Assembly (NCBI RefSeq): GCF_000237865.1
Contig: NC_017459.1
Coordinates: 1,830,001-1,862,000 of the forward strand
Source of the DNA: Haloquadratum walsbyi C23
GTDB lineage: Archaea > Halobacteriota > Halobacteria > Halobacteriales > Haloferacaceae
Direction: 5' to 3'
Length of the DNA stretch: 32,000 nt
Below the pieces are notes generated by a model. The model did not search any database and had not been told where the DNA came from. It saw nothing but the letters and a program-made list of their open reading frames with translations. Shown here piece after piece: positions 29,048 to 32,000 of the stretch. The position numbers were made by a program, and so were the translations under genes. Position 1 is the stretch's first letter; each line of letters starts with the position of its first letter.

Positions 29048-29058
29048 GGATAGAATGG

Positions 29059-29110
29059 TGAATCGCCTCGGGTCAAGCCCCGTGGCATCCGCCTTGTTAC
29101 TCTGTGAATC
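29059..29110 (-). repeat. GC-rich repeat, copy 2 (inverted relative to 14105-14175)
   Basis: The reverse complement reads CACAGAGTAACAAGGCGGATGCCACGGGGCTTGACCCGAGGCGATTCA. Both overlapping spurious ORFs translate the same peptide, RRMPRGLT. Confidence 0.75.
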
Positions 29111-29209
29111 CAACTCGGAGTCATACTCACAGTCACAGGGATAAAATGCTGAAGAAAATCGGATTTTGGCGAGATTTACTTATTCCATATATCATGTGAT
29201 GACGCTGTT

Positions 29210-31576
29210 TTAATCCACTGAGGAGACGTTAGCGTGGTAACCTGTTGCTGATGCATTTATCGAGACGCCATTCAGTGTTTCAGATGTTGGTCCAATCCAT
29301 GTTCGTTCACGACCGCAATCAGTCGTGAGCCGGCAGACCTGAGTTTTTGCCGGCCAAATCGCTCGAACTGATGGTTTTCTGTTATCCTTAATGGATGCTG
29401 TGGTATTTGTTGTCTCAACAGAAACGTGTTGTCGATATGTTATACTTGCACCACCTGCACCAACGAATGTTATCATGAGATCAACCTCTGATGGTCCTGA
29501 AGGGAGTGTCACAGCAGTCTGTGTTGTATTTGTAGTTATGTTGGCTCTGTTGTCACGTGATGCTTTGTACTCGTTCTTTGATCTACTTAGGTCAGAGCCA
29601 GATGGTGCAAATGTAGATATGGTATCTAATTGTACTGTTTCCCCTCCAGTTGATGCAGTTGGGAGGTTCCGAACCCAGACACCGTCTGGAGTAATTAACC
29701 ACCGCACCAGTACTGTCTGGTCACTGCGAGTGTGGTTGGCCGGTGTCACCTGGTATCGTGCATACCCATCGTCAGTTTCAATCCGGACACTCGCTGATTG
29801 AAGATTCTGAGGCTGCCCAACAGTTGTCTGAATCTGTATGACTGCTCCGCGTCGGACTGAGAGTTGCTGCAGCGCTGGTGTGACTGGCTCCACCGCACCT
29901 GTCCAATCACCACGATATGTGAATCGATACGGCGTTCGGTTCGTTGCATCAATAACTGTCATATCACGACGTGGTGGACCGTCTGTTGCATACACAACAG
30001 GTCCATCAAGAGTCGGATCCGATCGGAGATACTGAAATGGATGTGCCTGCCAATCGCCGTATGTATCTGGAGTAAAGACTACAGCGTTATTGAATGAATG
30101 TTCCTTAATTGGTTCATATGTTGCTGCAAGGGACTCACTCCGTTCACCATTTGCTTCGATTGGATCCATCAAAACAGACTCTCCGGTGACTCCAATAATA
30201 GGCGCAGTCATAATGAGTATAATACCGATCACAATGCGTGCCCGCTGCCTGGTCGTAAATATCGTGAGCACTGTGATGAGACGACGAAATAGCGTGACAA
30301 ATCCAGCAGCAGCAAAGATTGCGATTGGAATGAGAATATCAAAATGATAAAAGGGTCCTAAAAGATCGATGAGACCGTTCTGTAATCCATTATATGTCCC
30401 CCAAAAGTACGCTTCACCGATAACGACAGTCGGAATGATTGATATCAAGAGCAGCGAGATAGTCGAGCTGGGAAGTGATGACTTGTCGGGATCTGATGAC
30501 CCAATGATAATATCATATATGACAACGCTACCACCGAGGATACTAAATCCGGTCCCAATGATTCCTGCAGCGATCCACTCGGTAGCAAGTGATTGAAGAA
30601 TGATTATTGTTGTTCTCAACGCTATTTCGGGCGTATATGTTGCCTCATATGAGAGCAACTCATGAGGACCAAACCCGAGCCCATCGGCTGGAGCAAAGGC
30701 AGCATATGGAAAAGTGAGCGGGTCGCCTGTCACAATTGCATTGTACCATAACGCGACCGCAACGATGACACATCCAGCGATTGCTGTGAGAAATGCACGG
30801 GTCACTGCAACGCGTGTTTGTTGATGTGACCATCCAAAATCTCGTAGGTGACGACCAACAGTAACCAGTGTATGGATGATAAATGGAAGAGCAAATAACA
30901 GTGCTGTGTATGGTCGGGCGAAAAACGCTATACCGGTTGCAAAGCCAGTAGCAATAGCCCATCCCCAGGTGAGTAAGCGCTGGTCATGCGCACGAAACGA
31001 ATGAAGATACGCAAGCGCAAAAATGACATTGAGAAAAGTTGTCGGAGCATATGACAGGAATGTTGCTGAGGTGAGTAAAAACATCGGAGATCCTGCAAGG
31101 ACGACAATTGCACATACGCCAATAGTTCGATCAAACGCCCGTGCGGCAAGTAGATAGACACCACCTGCGGTCCCTGTTGCAATGAGTGCGAGTCCAACCG
31201 TCCAAGTCCCAAAACCAAGACGATACCCAACTGCAAAGAGAGCGGGAACGACAGGAGTGTACTTACTGTACAGTTGTGTTCCTACAGCGCTATCATCAAG
31301 AATAAAAAACCATGGGCGGACTGCCTCGGGTGGATATGGTGCCGGATCAATGAAGAACGCCCCATCAAGCAGTAATGCTGCCTGCGTGAGGTAAACTGCC
31401 TCGTCATCATTAATCGAATGATATGGGAATACGTCGATAGCAACGAGTGCAACAAGCAACCCAGTTCCAACAGCAAGTATCCCTGCAAGAAGCGTCCGAA
31501 TAGATATTGGAAGACGAGCACGGACCCGTGTCAATAAAGTATTATCAGAGCGCATAAATTTATAAATAAAATGCAT
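29210..31576 (-). CDS. GT-C fold membrane glycosyltransferase (PMT/ArnT-like, GT39/GT83-type) with large C-terminal extracytoplasmic domain (~780 aa)
   Basis: About 12-13 TM segments. The first-loop acidic motif is YHSINDDEAVYLTQAALL (DE motif of GT-C enzymes). A ~300-aa soluble Thr/Ser-rich C-terminal domain follows. Start is ATG 31576 or ATG 31555. Confidence 0.75.
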   Translation of the reverse strand: MHFIYKFMRSDNTLLTRVRARLPISIRTLLAGILAVGTGLLVALVAIDVFPYHSINDDEAVYLTQAALLLDGAFFIDPAPYPPEAVRPWFFILDDSAVGTQLYSKYTPVVPALFAVGYRLGFGTWTVGLALIATGTAGGVYLLAARAFDRTIGVCAIVVLAGSPMFLLTSATFLSYAPTTFLNVIFALAYLHSFRAHDQRLLTWGWAIATGFATGIAFFARPYTALLFALPFIIHTLVTVGRHLRDFGWSHQQTRVAVTRAFLTAIAGCVIVAVALWYNAIVTGDPLTFPYAAFAPADGLGFGPHELLSYEATYTPEIALRTTIIILQSLATEWIAAGIIGTGFSILGGSVVIYDIIIGSSDPDKSSLPSSTISLLLISIIPTVVIGEAYFWGTYNGLQNGLIDLLGPFYHFDILIPIAIFAAAGFVTLFRRLITVLTIFTTRQRARIVIGIILIMTAPIIGVTGESVLMDPIEANGERSESLAATYEPIKEHSFNNAVVFTPDTYGDWQAHPFQYLRSDPTLDGPVVYATDGPPRRDMTVIDATNRTPYRFTYRGDWTGAVEPVTPALQQLSVRRGAVIQIQTTVGQPQNLQSASVRIETDDGYARYQVTPANHTRSDQTVLVRWLITPDGVWVRNLPTASTGGETVQLDTISTFAPSGSDLSRSKNEYKASRDNRANITTNTTQTAVTLPSGPSEVDLMITFVGAGGASITYRQHVSVETTNTTASIKDNRKPSVRAIWPAKTQVCRLTTDCGRERTWIGPTSETLNGVSINASATGYHANVSSVD

Positions 31577-31611
31577 GCTGGACAGCGAACAGGGGTAAAA
31601 ATGAAAAATGC

Positions 31612-31950
31612 TCAGATACCGCGAGGGTATCGCTCATCCGTCTCATCCGGTCGCTGTTCGCGAGGGAACCATGCAAGTTCATGATCGGCATTAATTTCGA
31701 TATCAACGACGCCGCTTTCTGGAATATCCTCATCATGATTATGCATACACTGAACAGACTCACCAGTCTCAAGTTCAACTTCGTATAGGAACGTCGGACC
31801 GAGATACCGACGAGCAACAACCTCTCCACACCCATACTCGTTAATTTGTTTGTCAGCATGTTCATCAACTGTTGTCCCGGAAATCGGACTCGATGTGGTT
31901 TTGGTCGTATTCGTGAACTGAGTATGAGTACCGGCACCGTCAGCGGTCAT
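31612..31950 (-). CDS. stand-alone TOBE-like domain protein (112 aa)
   Basis: GEVVARRYLGPTFLYEVELETGESVQCMHNHD...VVDIEINADHELAWF resembles the C-terminal TOBE domain of ABC-transporter ATPases. The N-terminus is a Thr-rich tail. It lies 35 nt upstream of the GT-C gene on the same strand. Confidence 0.5.
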   Translation of the reverse strand: MTADGAGTHTQFTNTTKTTSSPISGTTVDEHADKQINEYGCGEVVARRYLGPTFLYEVELETGESVQCMHNHDEDIPESGVVDIEINADHELAWFPREQRPDETDERYPRGI

Positions 31951-32000
31951 ATTTCCGTGGTCCGTAGTTTGTCTGTCATTCCTATCCGGATTGCTCCGAC

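Overview
This is a low-GC (roughly 45-50 % by eye) haloarchaeal chromosome segment. The proteins are strongly acidic and the rRNA/tRNA genes are archaeal. The 16S sequence and AT-rich intergenic DNA look Haloquadratum-like, but I could not verify that without a database. Left third: a complete rRNA operon on the minus strand (16S - tRNA-Ala(UGC) - 23S - 5S). It has long inverted repeats that should form the 16S and 23S processing stems, a tRNA-like element directly 5' of the 5S gene, and a second tRNA-like minihelix in the operon leader. Next come TATA-box binding protein, an XPB/Rad25-family helicase with a long N-terminal extension, and tRNA-Tyr(GUA). From ~10.7 to ~20.7 kb the window is accessory-like and partly decayed. 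It holds a diverged copy of the tRNA-Tyr 3' end 1.35 kb downstream of the intact gene, ~1.8 kb without credible ORFs, and a truncated PfkB-kinase pseudogene. It also holds an internally deleted IS200/IS605-family (IS1341-type, TnpB-only) element abutting a 2Fe-2S ferredoxin gene, a ~0.6 kb GC-rich ORF-less island, and several short GC-rich repeat families that look like IS-end/MITE debris. Intact genes there: HPP-family membrane protein, LysE/ArgO-type exporter, arylsulfotransferase-like propeller protein, small zinc-binding proteins and a 380-aa hypothetical. Right third: an alpha-glucan/trehalose-type gene pair. One gene is a ~1515-codon ORF containing two complete GH15 units. The other is a divergently transcribed GH13 alpha-amylase-family gene with an unassigned N-terminal region. 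An SRPBCC protein, more IS-end debris, a CPxCG zinc-finger protein, a GT-C-type (PMT/ArnT-like) membrane glycosyltransferase and a stand-alone TOBE-like protein complete it. There is no CRISPR array and no recognisable defence or toxin-antitoxin system. The most unusual items are the double GH15 fusion, the tRNA-like elements in the rRNA operon, and the network of IS1341-related termini and repeats around 14-20.6 kb and 28.1-29.1 kb. All functional calls come from motif recognition by eye. No searches were run.
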